Positions 1-11,400 of a stretch of 23,417 bases of DNA are shown in pieces (within the stretch, counting starts at the first letter, position 1; every line of letters starts with the position of its first letter). Location: positions 1-23,417 of the forward strand of contig NW_021836616.1 of the NCBI RefSeq assembly GCF_006345805.1. Reading direction: 5' to 3'. The translations under genes and the position numbers were made by a program. The notes below the pieces were generated by a model. That model saw only the letters and a program-made list of their open reading frames with translations. It was not told where the DNA came from and did not search any database. Origin of the DNA: Octopus sinensis (lineage: Eukaryota).

Positions 1-135
1 AACAGCAATAGCAACACGAAAACAATAATAACAGCAACGAAAAGAGTAGCAAGAACAACAGCAACAGTAAAAACAGGGAAAACAAAACGAAGATGCAAAC
101 ACGAAAAATAATTTGCAAACTAAAGCATGCAAACA
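1..135 (+). repeat. Degenerate (AAC/AGC)n low-complexity tract
   Basis: Run of aacagcaatagcaacacgaaaacaataataacagcaacg-type triplets. Confidence 0.7.
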
Positions 136-141
136 ACAGCA

Positions 142-235
142 GTGATGATGATGATTATGATGATGTTGAGGATGATGATGATGAGGAGGAGGAGGAGGAT
201 GATGCTCATCATCATCATATCATCATCATCGTCAG
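142..235. repeat. (GAT/GAG)n tract switching to its complement (CAT)n
   Basis: gatgatgatg...gaggaggag gatgatg ct catcatc atcat. Confidence 0.8.
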
Positions 236-332
236 CAGTAAAGAAAAATGAGAACACAAGCGTGAACAATAGCCAAAAATGAACAACAAAGCCAAACATA
301 AATTTTTAAAACGCACGCTGCAATAACGATAA

Positions 333-339
333 CATCATC

Positions 340-370
<31 letters not shown>

Positions 371-765
371 TCAGCATCATCATCATCATTATCATCGTCA
401 TCATCATCGTCATTATCATCGTCGTCGTCGTCGTCATCGTCATCATCATCAGCAGCAGCATCATCATCATCATCATCGTCGTCGTCATCATCATCATCAT
501 CAGCAGCATCATCATCATCATCATCATCATCATCGTCATCATCATCGTCATCGTCATTATCATCGTCGTCGTCGTCATCATCGTCATCATCATCATCGTC
601 ATCATCATCATCGTCATCGTCATCATCGTCATCATCATCATCGTCATCATTATCATCATCATCATCATCATCATCATTATCATCATCATCGTCGTCGTCA
701 TCATCGTCATCATCATCATCAACATCATCGTCATCATCATTGTCATCATCATTACCATCATTATT
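333..765 (+). repeat. (CAT/CGT)n trinucleotide microsatellite; source of the spurious poly-Asp and poly-Met ORFs
   Basis: About 430 bp of catcatcatcgtcatc with cag interruptions. Confidence 0.95.
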
Positions 766-880
766 GAAAATATACATACATATGAATACATACACACACA
801 CAAACACAGATATGAATTCATGCATATATGCATATATTTATTTATATATATATATACATGTATATATACATATATGTATG
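766..880. repeat. (TA)/(CA) compound microsatellite
   Basis: tatacatacatatgaatacatacacacacaca...tatatatatata. Confidence 0.8.
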
Positions 881-1623
881 TTTTTAACCATTACTGTCTT
901 CAAAAAAGTTTTTTTTCGTTTCATGTTCGTCTCTGTCGCGTTTGCATTCTTTCCTTCTACCAAGCGATCTAATGCCTACGGCTTAGTTCTCCTTGGGGCT
1001 GGCCGATTCAGAGCAGATCTCAGAATTAAACGGCCGAAATTTGCAATGATTAATCGATTTCTGACTGAAGAATGAAGGCTTTGAATGACCCGTCTGTTTT
1101 TATGTTCGTCCCTTCGTGTATTTCACGTTATTTTTATTTATATATGTAAAGTTTTATTATATATATATATATAAAGGGAGAGTTTACGAAAAAAACAAAA
1201 GGCGAAGATAGGTGGTGTACAAAACAAACAGATGAATTAGTATAACGCGCTCAAGAATAGAAAAAGTATTTTACGTTTCGAGCCTACGCCCTTCTACAGA
1301 AAGGTACACAGAAAAATCAAGGAGAGAAACAAGGTGAGAGAAAATGTGTATAGTGGCTAACGATCTATCATGGCGACTAGTGCCGGACAGAAGGATCAAA
1401 CATTTATATACATATATACATTTACAGGATTTATATATATAGGATTTATATATATGCATATGTAAATTTGTGTGTGTGTAGGTGTACGTGTATGAGTGTG
1501 TGTGCCTGTGTCACGAAGGTAACATATGTGCTAATAACTAAACATTCGATACATTATGCTCTTTGCAAACAGTTGTCAACAGGTGTAAGACAGTAGCTCT
1601 TAACTTTTGCTGTTGCTATTGTA

Positions 1624-1644
1624 ATTGTTGTTATTGTTATCCAT

Positions 1645-1679
<35 letters not shown>

Positions 1680-1689
1680 ATTATTATTA

Positions 1690-1781
<92 letters not shown>

Positions 1782-1817
1782 TATTATTATTATTATCGTT
1801 ATTATTAATATCATTAC

Positions 1818-1865
<48 letters not shown>

Positions 1866-1968
1866 ACTTATTACTATTATTACTATTATTACTATTATTA
1901 TTATTATCATTATTATTATTATACTACTCATTATTATTATTATTATTATATTATTAATTTTTATTATT
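1624..1968 (+). repeat. (TAT/AAT)n microsatellite
   Basis: Continuous tattattat with tac/cat interruptions. Confidence 0.95.
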
Positions 1969-2444
1969 GAGTGAGCGAGCAGAGCATGCCATCAAAGTGA
2001 CACAGGGGTAAAATATACGAAGCCCAGTATACCCATCATGACTACCCGTCTGATAAGGGTACACCAGGCACATGCATCACAACCATATGTGCGCGACATG
2101 GTGATCTCATATCAAGATAAACAGCACATGACCTTGCAGGTGGAGCCCAGTTAGAATTTTCTTCAGATCGAGTAGCCCATCCTGCTCAAAAGGTCCCGAA
2201 TAAGGGTTGTTTAAGGACGTTGAACGAAACACCCATGTTTCAGAGGTGAATTATTCAAACCCCAAGAATCCTTCTCAACACATGGCTAAATGCTCCCCAC
2301 TACTTCTGCTCGTGATCAGAGATGCACATATCGTCAGCCACTAAGGGACATGCTCAACTGGTTAAGGTCAAACAACTGACAAGCAAATCTGGTGGTATTG
2401 AGCAGAATATTTGCTGTAGCCCATCTTTTATACCAAGACAAAAC
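1969..2444 (-). mobile_element. Interspersed repeat (probable non-autonomous retroelement) embedded in (TAT)n on both sides
   Basis: 476-bp complex-sequence island with sharp borders in an ATT microsatellite. The minus strand ends ...ctcactc followed by (AAT)n, like a tail. It resembles from memory a common octopus repeat (not verified). Confidence 0.6.
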
Positions 2445-2833
2445 ATTATTATTACTATTATTATCATTATTATTATTATCATTATTATTATTTATTATTA
2501 TTATTACTATTATTACTATTATTATCATTATATATTATCATTATTAATTATTATTATTTTATTATTATATTACTATTATTACTATTTTATTATTATTATT
2601 ATTAATTATTATCATCATCATTATTATTATTATTATTACTATATTTTATTATTATCATCATCATCATTATTATTATTATTATCATTAACATTATTATTAT
2701 TATCATTATATTATTATTATTATTATTATTATTACTATTATTACTATTATTATATTATTTTATTATTATTATTAATTATTATTATTATATTATCATTATA
2801 TTATTATTATTATTACTATTACTATATTATTAC

Positions 2834-2865
<32 letters not shown>

Positions 2866-3011
2866 TATTATTATTATTATCATTACTATTATATTATTTA
2901 TTATTATTATTATTATTAATATTATTATTATTACTATTATTACTATTATTATTATTATTCTTATTATTATTATCATTACTATTATTATTATTTTATTATT
3001 ATTATTATTAT

Positions 3012-3042
<31 letters not shown>

Positions 3043-3191
3043 ATTATTATTATTATTATATTATTAATATTATTATTATTACTATTATTTTTATTAGTAT
3101 TATATATTATTATTATTATTATATATTATCATCATTACTATTATTATTATTTTATTATTAGTATTATTATATTATTATTATTATTATATAT

Positions 3192-3222
<31 letters not shown>

Positions 3223-3350
3223 ATTACTATTATTACTATTATTTTTATTACTATTATTATATTATTATTATTATTTTATTATTATTATATTATTATTATT
3301 ACTATTATTGTTGTTGTTGTTGTTGTTGCTGTTGTTGTCGTTGTTGGTGT
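2445..3350 (+). repeat. (TAT)n microsatellite ending in (GTT)n
   Basis: About 860 bp of tattattat, then gttgttgtt at 3310-3350. Confidence 0.95.
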
Positions 3351-3590
3351 TTTAGGTTGTAAGAGTTGTCAATGGCGGGAAATCGTCATTGATTCATGTA
3401 TTGGACCCCGCAAGAACGCAGGAACACCGTTGAAAGCTCGTAAATCATAAAATAAGAACTGTGTGGTTGTGGTGGGGGTGGGTGGGAGTATCTAGCAGAT
3501 GAAGTAGTAGTAGCTGGAGTAGTAGTAGTAGGAGTAGGAGTAACAGCAGCGGTTTTTGAATTATATATACACTCGTAACAATGGATGCAG

Positions 3591-3804
3591 TATTCTTATA
3601 TTCTTTTATTCTTTTGCTTGGTTCAGTCATTTGACTGCGGCCACGCTGGAGCACCGGCTTTATAGTCGAACAAATCGAACCCAGGACTTATTCTTTGTAA
3701 GCCTAGTACTTATTCTATCGGTCTCTATTGCCAAACCACTAAGTTTCGTGGATATTCTAACGTCGGTTGTCAAGCGATGGTGGGTGGGGGGAAACACAGA
3801 CACA
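3591..3804 (-). mobile_element. 3' half of a tRNA-derived SINE (octopus-type) with AAAGAAT-like tail
   Basis: Minus strand reads tgtgtctgtgtttcccccc...ccatcgcttgacaaccgacg...gaccgatagaataagtactaggcttacaaagaataagtcctggg...ctccagcgtggccgcagtcaaatgactgaacc then aagcaaaagaataaaagaata. Matches the recalled 3' half of an abundant octopus SINE. Confidence 0.7.
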
Positions 3805-4298
3805 TTAATATATATATATATATATATATATACAAATTGAGATAGGGGTTGTAAATGCAACCCTCCATGGGATAACATATATCCAATATACTGCTAGTGA
3901 AGTACCCAACAAGGTTAATACATAAATGTTAAGGATTACGATGCAATCAATTCATTAACTGTATTACATGGGCAAAGGTAAAATGATTTACCACAAATTA
4001 CTAATACAAAATAAGAAAATGGAGAAATACATCTAAATCAAGTATCAATTACCAGATAATACTCAATCACATACTTTATTAAACCACCACATAAGAAACT
4101 ATAGGGTTAAACATATATATATATATATATGTATATATACGGTAGAAAATATTTTAGTGGGGGAACACACGTGGTTGGATATATTCAGAAAGAGAAGAGA
4201 TGAAAAGACAGATTTGTTTCAAGTGATTAAGGAGCATATTAGAGTCATAATAATAAGGATATATAATTTTGTACAAAATAAGATTTTGTTCATTCAAC

Positions 4299-4402
4299 AT
4301 ACGACGGGATTCTTTCAGTTTCCGTCTACCAAATCAACTCACAAGCTTGTCCAAGTTATCACGGTGTGGGACTGAACTCAGAACCACGTGGTTGGGAAGC
4401 AT
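4299..4402 (-). mobile_element. 5' part of a tRNA-derived SINE, lacking the A-box end and with an apparent internal deletion
   Basis: Minus strand: gcttcccaaccacgtggttctgagttcagtcccacaccgtgataacttggacaagcttgtgagttgatttggtagacggaaactgaaagaatcccgtcgt. GAGTTCAGTCC is B-box-like. Confidence 0.7.
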
Positions 4403-4405
4403 ATA

Positions 4406-4407
<2 letters not shown>

Positions 4408-4438
<31 letters not shown>

Positions 4439-4622
4439 TATCTGCATCTTGATGCATATATCTTAGGATGTATATGTATGTATATACACACACCACATCA
4501 TACAAATACACACATATACGTACCTCTAGATCAATATATAGTTGTGTGTTTATATCTGTGTGTGTGCATGGGAATGTATGCGTGTATAAATATATATATA
4601 TATATATATGCATATATATGTA
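4408..4622. repeat. (GT)/(TA) compound microsatellite region
   Basis: gtgtgtgtgt... and tatatatata runs. Confidence 0.8.
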
Positions 4623-5161
4623 CAGGACGTCACTAACGGTGCAAATACCATGGAATTCGTAACAACAAGAAAATATGAAAATCAGGACAAGTACACAGAG
4701 GGAAAGACCCTTCATCAGTTGTCTGCTGTCTATCTACTCCTCATTTCGAGCATTCAACGACAATATGAGTCTTCAAAGACAGTTGGTCCCATGAATTCTA
4801 AAATATAATTTAAGATGTATGGTGGGTCAAAATTCAGAACAAAAAATGACAGTGTAGAAATACAATGAAACCGAACCAAAACAAACATGTAGTGTCATTA
4901 GACCAGCTGCACAAAGACATAGAATTTAATGTGCAGCTGAGGATTGCTCTGCAGTTAAATTGATGTTATGGTTGCATTGTTCAATTAAATGGAGTTGCAT
5001 GAAACGATCGTACTGCATTACCTCTGGATATCCTTGCTGCTTATTCTGATTCAAATCGACTTATTTTGAAATTGCATGGATAATACCGTACTAAACTCTG
5101 GTGCCTCAACTTAAGCACCATATTCATCTGAATCAATATGTCAGACCAGTAACAGTAATGT

Positions 5162-5400
5162 GGAGGCACATGGCCTAGTGGTTAGAGCAGCTAATTCGCG
5201 GTCGAGGGATCGCGGGTTCAGATCTCAGACCGGGCGATGTGTGTGTTTATGAGCGAAACACCTAAGCTCCACGCGGCTCCGGCGGAAGGTAATGGCGAAC
5301 TTCTGCTCACTCTTTCGCCACAACTTTCTCTCACTCTAACCTCCTGCATCTTGCCGGTCCGTCGCAGGTGGGGAACCTATACGCCAAGGAAACCGGGAAA
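5162..5400 (+). mobile_element. tRNA-derived SINE, 3'-truncated at the tandem array
   Basis: A box TGGCCTAGTGG (5171-5181), B-box-like GGTTCAGATCT (5215-5225), then a body sequence that stops at ...ggaaaccgggaaa with no tail. Confidence 0.8.
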
Positions 5401-8400
5401 CTGTCATCGTTCTATTCGTGTCATCATCATTGCTATATTTATAATCGATTTCGTTTGTAACTGTCATCGTTATCATCGTGTCATCATTCTATTCGTTGTC
5501 ATCATCATTGCTATATTTATAATCGATTTCGTGGTAACTGTCATCGTTATCATCGCTGTCATCGTTCTATTCGTTGTCATCATCATTGCTATATTTATAA
5601 TCGATTTCGTTGTAACTGTCATCGTTATCATCGCTGTCATCATTCTATTCGTTGTCATCATCATTGCTATATTTATAATCGATTTCGTTGTTACTGTCAT
5701 CGTTATCATCGCTGTCATCATTCTATTCGTTGTCATAATCATTGCTATATTTATAATCGATTTCGTTGTAATTGTCATCGTTATCATCGCTGTCATCATT
5801 CTATTCGTTGTCATCATCATTGCTATATTATAATCGATTTCGTTGTTACTGTCATCGTTATCATCGCTGTCATCATTCTATTCGTTTCATCATCATTGCT
5901 ATATTTATAATCGATTTCGTTGTAACTGTCATCGTTATCATCGCGTCATCGTTCTATTCGTTGTCATCATCATTGCTATATTTATAATCGATTTCGTTGT
6001 AACGTCATCGTTATCATCGCTGTCATCATTCTATTCGTTGTCATCATCATGCTATATTTATAATCGATTTCGTTGTAACTGTCATCGTTATCATCGCTGT
6101 CATCGTTCTATTCGTTGTCATCATCATTGCTATATTTATAATCGATTTCGTTGTAACTGTCATCGTTATCATCGCTGTCATCATTCTATTCGTTGTCATC
6201 ATCATTGCTATATTATAATCGATTTCGTGTAACTGTCATCGTTATCATCGCTGTCATCGTTCTATTCGTTGTCATCATCATTGCTATATTTATAATCGAT
6301 TTCGTTGTAACTGTCATCGTTATCATCGCTGTCATCATTCTATTCGTTGTCATCATCATTGCTATATTTATAATCGATTTCGTTGTAACTGTCATCGTTA
6401 TCATCGCTGTCATCGTTCTATTCGTTGTCATCATCATTGCTATATTTATAATCGATTTCGTTGTAACTGTCATCGTTATCATCGCTGTCATCATTCTATT
6501 CGTTGTCATCATCATTGCTATATTTATAATCGATTTCGTTGTAACTGTCATCGTTATCATCGCTGTCATCGTTCTATTCGTTGTCATCATCATTGCTATA
6601 TTTATAATCGATTTCGTTGTAACTGTCATCGTTATCATCGCTGTCATCATTCTATTCGTTGTCATCATCATTGCTATATTTATAATCGATTTCGTTGTAA
6701 CTGTCATCGTTATCATCGCTGTCATCATTCTATTCGTTTTCATCATCATTGCTATATTATAATCGATTTCGTTGTAACTGTCATCGTTATCATCGCTGTC
6801 ATCATTCTATTCGTTGTCATCATCATTGCTATATTTATAATCGATTTCGTTGTAACTGTCATCGTTATCATCGCTGTCATCATTCTATTCGTTGTCATCA
6901 TCATTGCTATTTATAATCGATTTCGTTGTAACTGTCATCGTTATCATCGCTGTCATCATTCTATCGTTGTCATCATCATTGCTATATTTATAATCGATTT
7001 CGTTGTAACTGTCATCGTATCATCGCTGTCATCATTCTATTCGTTGTCATCATCATTGCTATATTTATAATCGATTTCGTTGTAACTGTCATCGTTATCA
7101 TCGCTGTCATCATTCTATTCGTTGTCATCATCATTGCTATATTATAATCGATTTCGTTGTAACTGTCATCGTTATCATCGCTGTCATCGTTCTATTCGTT
7201 GTCATCATCATTGCTATATTTATAATCGATTTCGTTGTAACTGTCATCGTTATCATCGCTGTCATCATTCTATTCGTTGTCATCATCATTGCTATATTTA
7301 TAATCGATTTCGTTGTAACTGTCATCGTTATCATCGCTGTCATCGTTCTATTCGTTGTCATCATCATTGCTATATTTATAATCGATTTCGTTGTAACTGT
7401 CATTCGTTATCATCGCTGTCATCATTCTATTCGTTGTCATCATCATTGCTATATTATAATCGATTTCGTTGTAACTGTCATCGTTATCATCGCTGTCATC
7501 ATTCTATTCGTTGTCATCATCATTGCTATATTTATAATCGATTTCGTTGTAACTGTCATCGTTATCATCGCTGTCATCATTCTATTCGTTGTCATCATCA
7601 TTGATATTTATAATCGATTTCGTTGTAACTGTCATCGTTATCATCGCTGTCATCGTTCTATTCGTTGTCATCATCATTGCTATATTTATAATCGATTTCG
7701 TTGTAACTGTCATCGTTATCATCGCTGTCATCGTTCTATTCGTTGTCATCATCATTGCTAATATTATAATCGATTTCGTTGTAACTGTCATCGTATCATC
7801 GCTGTCATCATTCTATTCGTTGTCATCATCATTGCTATATTTATAATCGATTTCGTTGTAACTGTCATCGTTATCATCGCTGTCATCATTCTATTCGTTG
7901 TCATCATCATTGCTATATTTATAATCGATTTCGTTGTAACTGTCATCGTTATCATCGCTGTCATCATTCTATTCGTTGTCATCATCATTGCTATATTTAT
8001 AATCGATTTCGTTGTAACTGTCATCGTTATCATCGCTGTCATCATTCTATTCGTTGTCATCATCATGCTATATTATAATCGATTTCTTTGTTGTTGTAAC
8101 TGTCATCGTTATCATCGCTGTCATCATTCTATTCGTTGTCATCATCATTGCTATATTTATAATCGATTTCGTTGTAACTGTCATCGTATCATCGCTGTCA
8201 TCGTCTATTCGTTGTCATCATCATTGCTATATTTATAATCGATTTCGTTGTAACTGTCATCGTTATCATCGCTGTCATCGTTCTATTCGTTGTCATCATC
8301 ATTGCTATATTTATAATCGATTTCGTTGTAACTGTCATCGTTATCATCGCTGTCATCATTCTATTCGTTGTCATCATCATTGCTATATTTATAATCGATT

Positions 8401-11400
8401 TCGTTGTAACTGTCATCGTTATCATCGCTGTCATCATTCTATTCGTTGTCATCATCATTGCTATATTTATAATCGATTTCGTTGTAACTGTCATCGTTAT
8501 CATCGCTGTCATCATTCTATTCGTTGTCATCATCATTGCTATATTTATAATCGATTTCGTTGTTACTGTCATCGTTATCATCGCTGGTCATCATTCTATT
8601 CGTTGTCATCATCATTGCTATATTTATAATCGATTTCGTTGTTACTGTCATCGTTATCATCGCTGTCATCATTCTATTCGTTGTCATCATCATTGCTATA
8701 TTATAATCGATTTCGTTGTAACTGTCATCGTTATCATCGCTGTCATCATTCTATTCGTTGTCATCATCATTGCTATATTTATAATCGATTTCGTTGTACT
8801 GTCATCGTTATCATCGCTGTCATCATTCTATTCGTTGTCATCATCATTGCTATATTTATAATCGATTTCGTTGTAACTGTCATCGTTATCATCGCTGTCA
8901 TCGTTCTATTCGTTGTCATCATATTGCTATATTTATAATCGATTTTCGTTGGTACTGTCATCGTTATCATCGCTGTCATCGTTCTATTCGTTGTCATCAT
9001 CATTGCTATATTTATAATCGATTCGTCGTTGTAACTGTCATCGTTATCATCGCTGTCATCGTTCTATTCGTGTCATCATCATTGCTATATTTATAATCGA
9101 TTTCGTTGTAACTGTCATCGTTATCATCGCTGTCATCATTCTATTCGTTGTCATCATCATTGCTATATTATAATCGATTTCGTTGTACTGTCATCGTTAT
9201 CATCGCTGTCATCATTCTATTCGTTGTCATCATCATTGCTATATTTATAATCGATTTCGTTGTAACTGTCATCGTTATCATCGCTGTCATCATTCTATTC
9301 GTTGTCATCATCATTGCTATATTTATAATCGATTTCGTTGTAACTGTCATCGTTATCACCGCTGTCATCGTTCTATTCGTTGTCATCATCATTGCTATAT
9401 TTATAATCGATTTCGTTGTTACTGTCATCGTTATCATCGCTGTCATCATTCTATTCGTTGTCATCATCATTGCTATATTTATAATCGATTTCGTTGTAAC
9501 TGTCATCGTTATCACCGCTGTCATCATTCTATTCGTTGTCATCATCATTGCTATATTTATAATCGATTTCGTTGTAACTGTCATCGTTATCACCGCTGTC
9601 ATTCTATTCGTTGTCATCATCATTGCTATATTTATAATCGATTTCGTTGTAACTGTCATCGTTATCATCGCTGTCATCATTCTATTCGTTGTCATCATCA
9701 TTGCTATATTTATAATCGATTTCGTTGTAACTGTCATCGTTATCATCGCTGTCATCATTCTATTCGTTGTCATCATCATTGCTATATTATAATCGATTTC
9801 GTTGTAACTGTCATCGTTATCATCGCTGTCATCGTTCTATTCGTTGTCATCATCATTGCTATATTTAATCGATTTCGTTGTAACTGTCGTCGTTATCATC
9901 GCTGTCATCGTTCTATTCGTTGTCATCATCATTGCTATTTATAATCGATTTCGTTGTTACTGTCATCGTTATCATCGCTGTCATCATTCTATTCGTTGTC
10001 ATCATCATTGCTATATTTATAATCGATTTCGTTGTAACTGTCATCGTTATCATCGCTGTCATCGTTCTATTCGTTGTCATCATCATTGCTATATTTATAA
10101 TCGATTTCGTTGTAACTGTCATCGTTATCATCGCTGTCATCATTCTATTCGTTGTCATCATCATTGCTATATTTATAATCGATTTCGTTGTTACTGTCAT
10201 CGTTATCATCGCTGTCATCATTCTATTCGTTGTCATCATCATTGCTATATTTATAATAGATTTCGTTGTTATGTCATCGTTATCATCGCTGTCATCATTC
10301 TATTCGTTGTCATTATCATTGCTATATTTATAATCGATTTCGTTGTTACTGTCATCGTTATCATCGCTGTCATCATTCTATTCGTTGTTCATTATCATTG
10401 CTATATTATAATCGATTTCGTTGTTACTGTCATCGTTATCATCGCTGTCATCATTCTATTCGTTGTCATCATCATTGCTATATTTATAATCGATTTCGTT
10501 GTTACTGTCATCGTTATCATCGCTGTCATCAATATTCGTTGTCATTATCATTGCTATATTTATAATCGATTTCGTTGTTACTGTCATCGTTATCATCGCT
10601 GTCATCATTCTATTCGTTGTCATCATCATTGCTATATTTATAATCGATTTCGTTGTTACTGTCATCGTTATCATCGCTGTCATCATTCTATTCGTTGTCA
10701 TCATCATTGCTATATTTATAATCGATTTCGTTGTTACTGTCATCGTTATCATCGCTGTCATCATTCTATTCGTTGTCATCATCATTGCTATATTTATAAT
10801 CGATTTCGTTGTTACTGTCATCGTTATCATCGCTGTCATCATTCTATTCGTTGTCATTATCATTGCTATATTTATAATCGATTTCGTTGTACTGTCATCG
10901 TTATCATCGCTGTCATCATTCTATTCGTTGTCATTATCATTGCTATATTTATATCGATTTCGTTGTTACTGTCATCGTTATCATCGCTGTCATCATTCTA
11001 TTCGTTGTCATCATCATTGCTATATTTATAATCGATTTCGTTGTTACTGTCATCGTTATCATCGCTGTCATCATTCTATTCGTTGTCATTATCATTGCTA
11101 TATTTATAATCGATTTCGTTGTTACTGTCATCGTTATCATCGCTGTCATCATTCTATTCGTTGTCATTATCATTGCTATATTTATAATCGATTTCGTTGT
11201 AACTGTCATCGTTATCATCGCTGTCATCATTCTATTCGTTGTCATCATCATTGCTATATTTATAATCGATTTCGTTGTAACTGTCATCGTTATCATCGCT
11301 GTCATCATTCTATTCGTTGTCATCATCATTGCTATATTTATAATCGATTTCGTTGTTACTGTCATCGTTATCATCGCTGTCATCATTCTATTCGTTGTCA

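Noticed and set aside
232-825. 197-aa poly-Asp ORF resembling an acidic biomineralisation protein
   Set aside because: It derives entirely from the (CAT/CGT)n microsatellite plus TA/CA repeats, with no credible non-repetitive coding sequence.
1001-1039. GGCCG...CGGCC stem followed by GAAA, like hammerhead stem II
   Set aside because: There is no CUGANGA upstream (the sequence is cttggggct).
3465-3490. G-rich run ggtgggggtgggtggg as a G-quadruplex
   Set aside because: There are only three tracts of 3 or more G, it lies in low-complexity sequence, and there is no functional context.
4690-4725. Minus-strand CUGAUGA followed by an AGGG/CCCU hairpin
   Set aside because: No GAAA follows the stem and no stems I or III are present.
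5162-5235. tRNA gene
   Set aside because: A and B boxes are present, but there is no acceptor stem or cloverleaf and the sequence continues into a SINE body. The same applies to 19503 and 21752.
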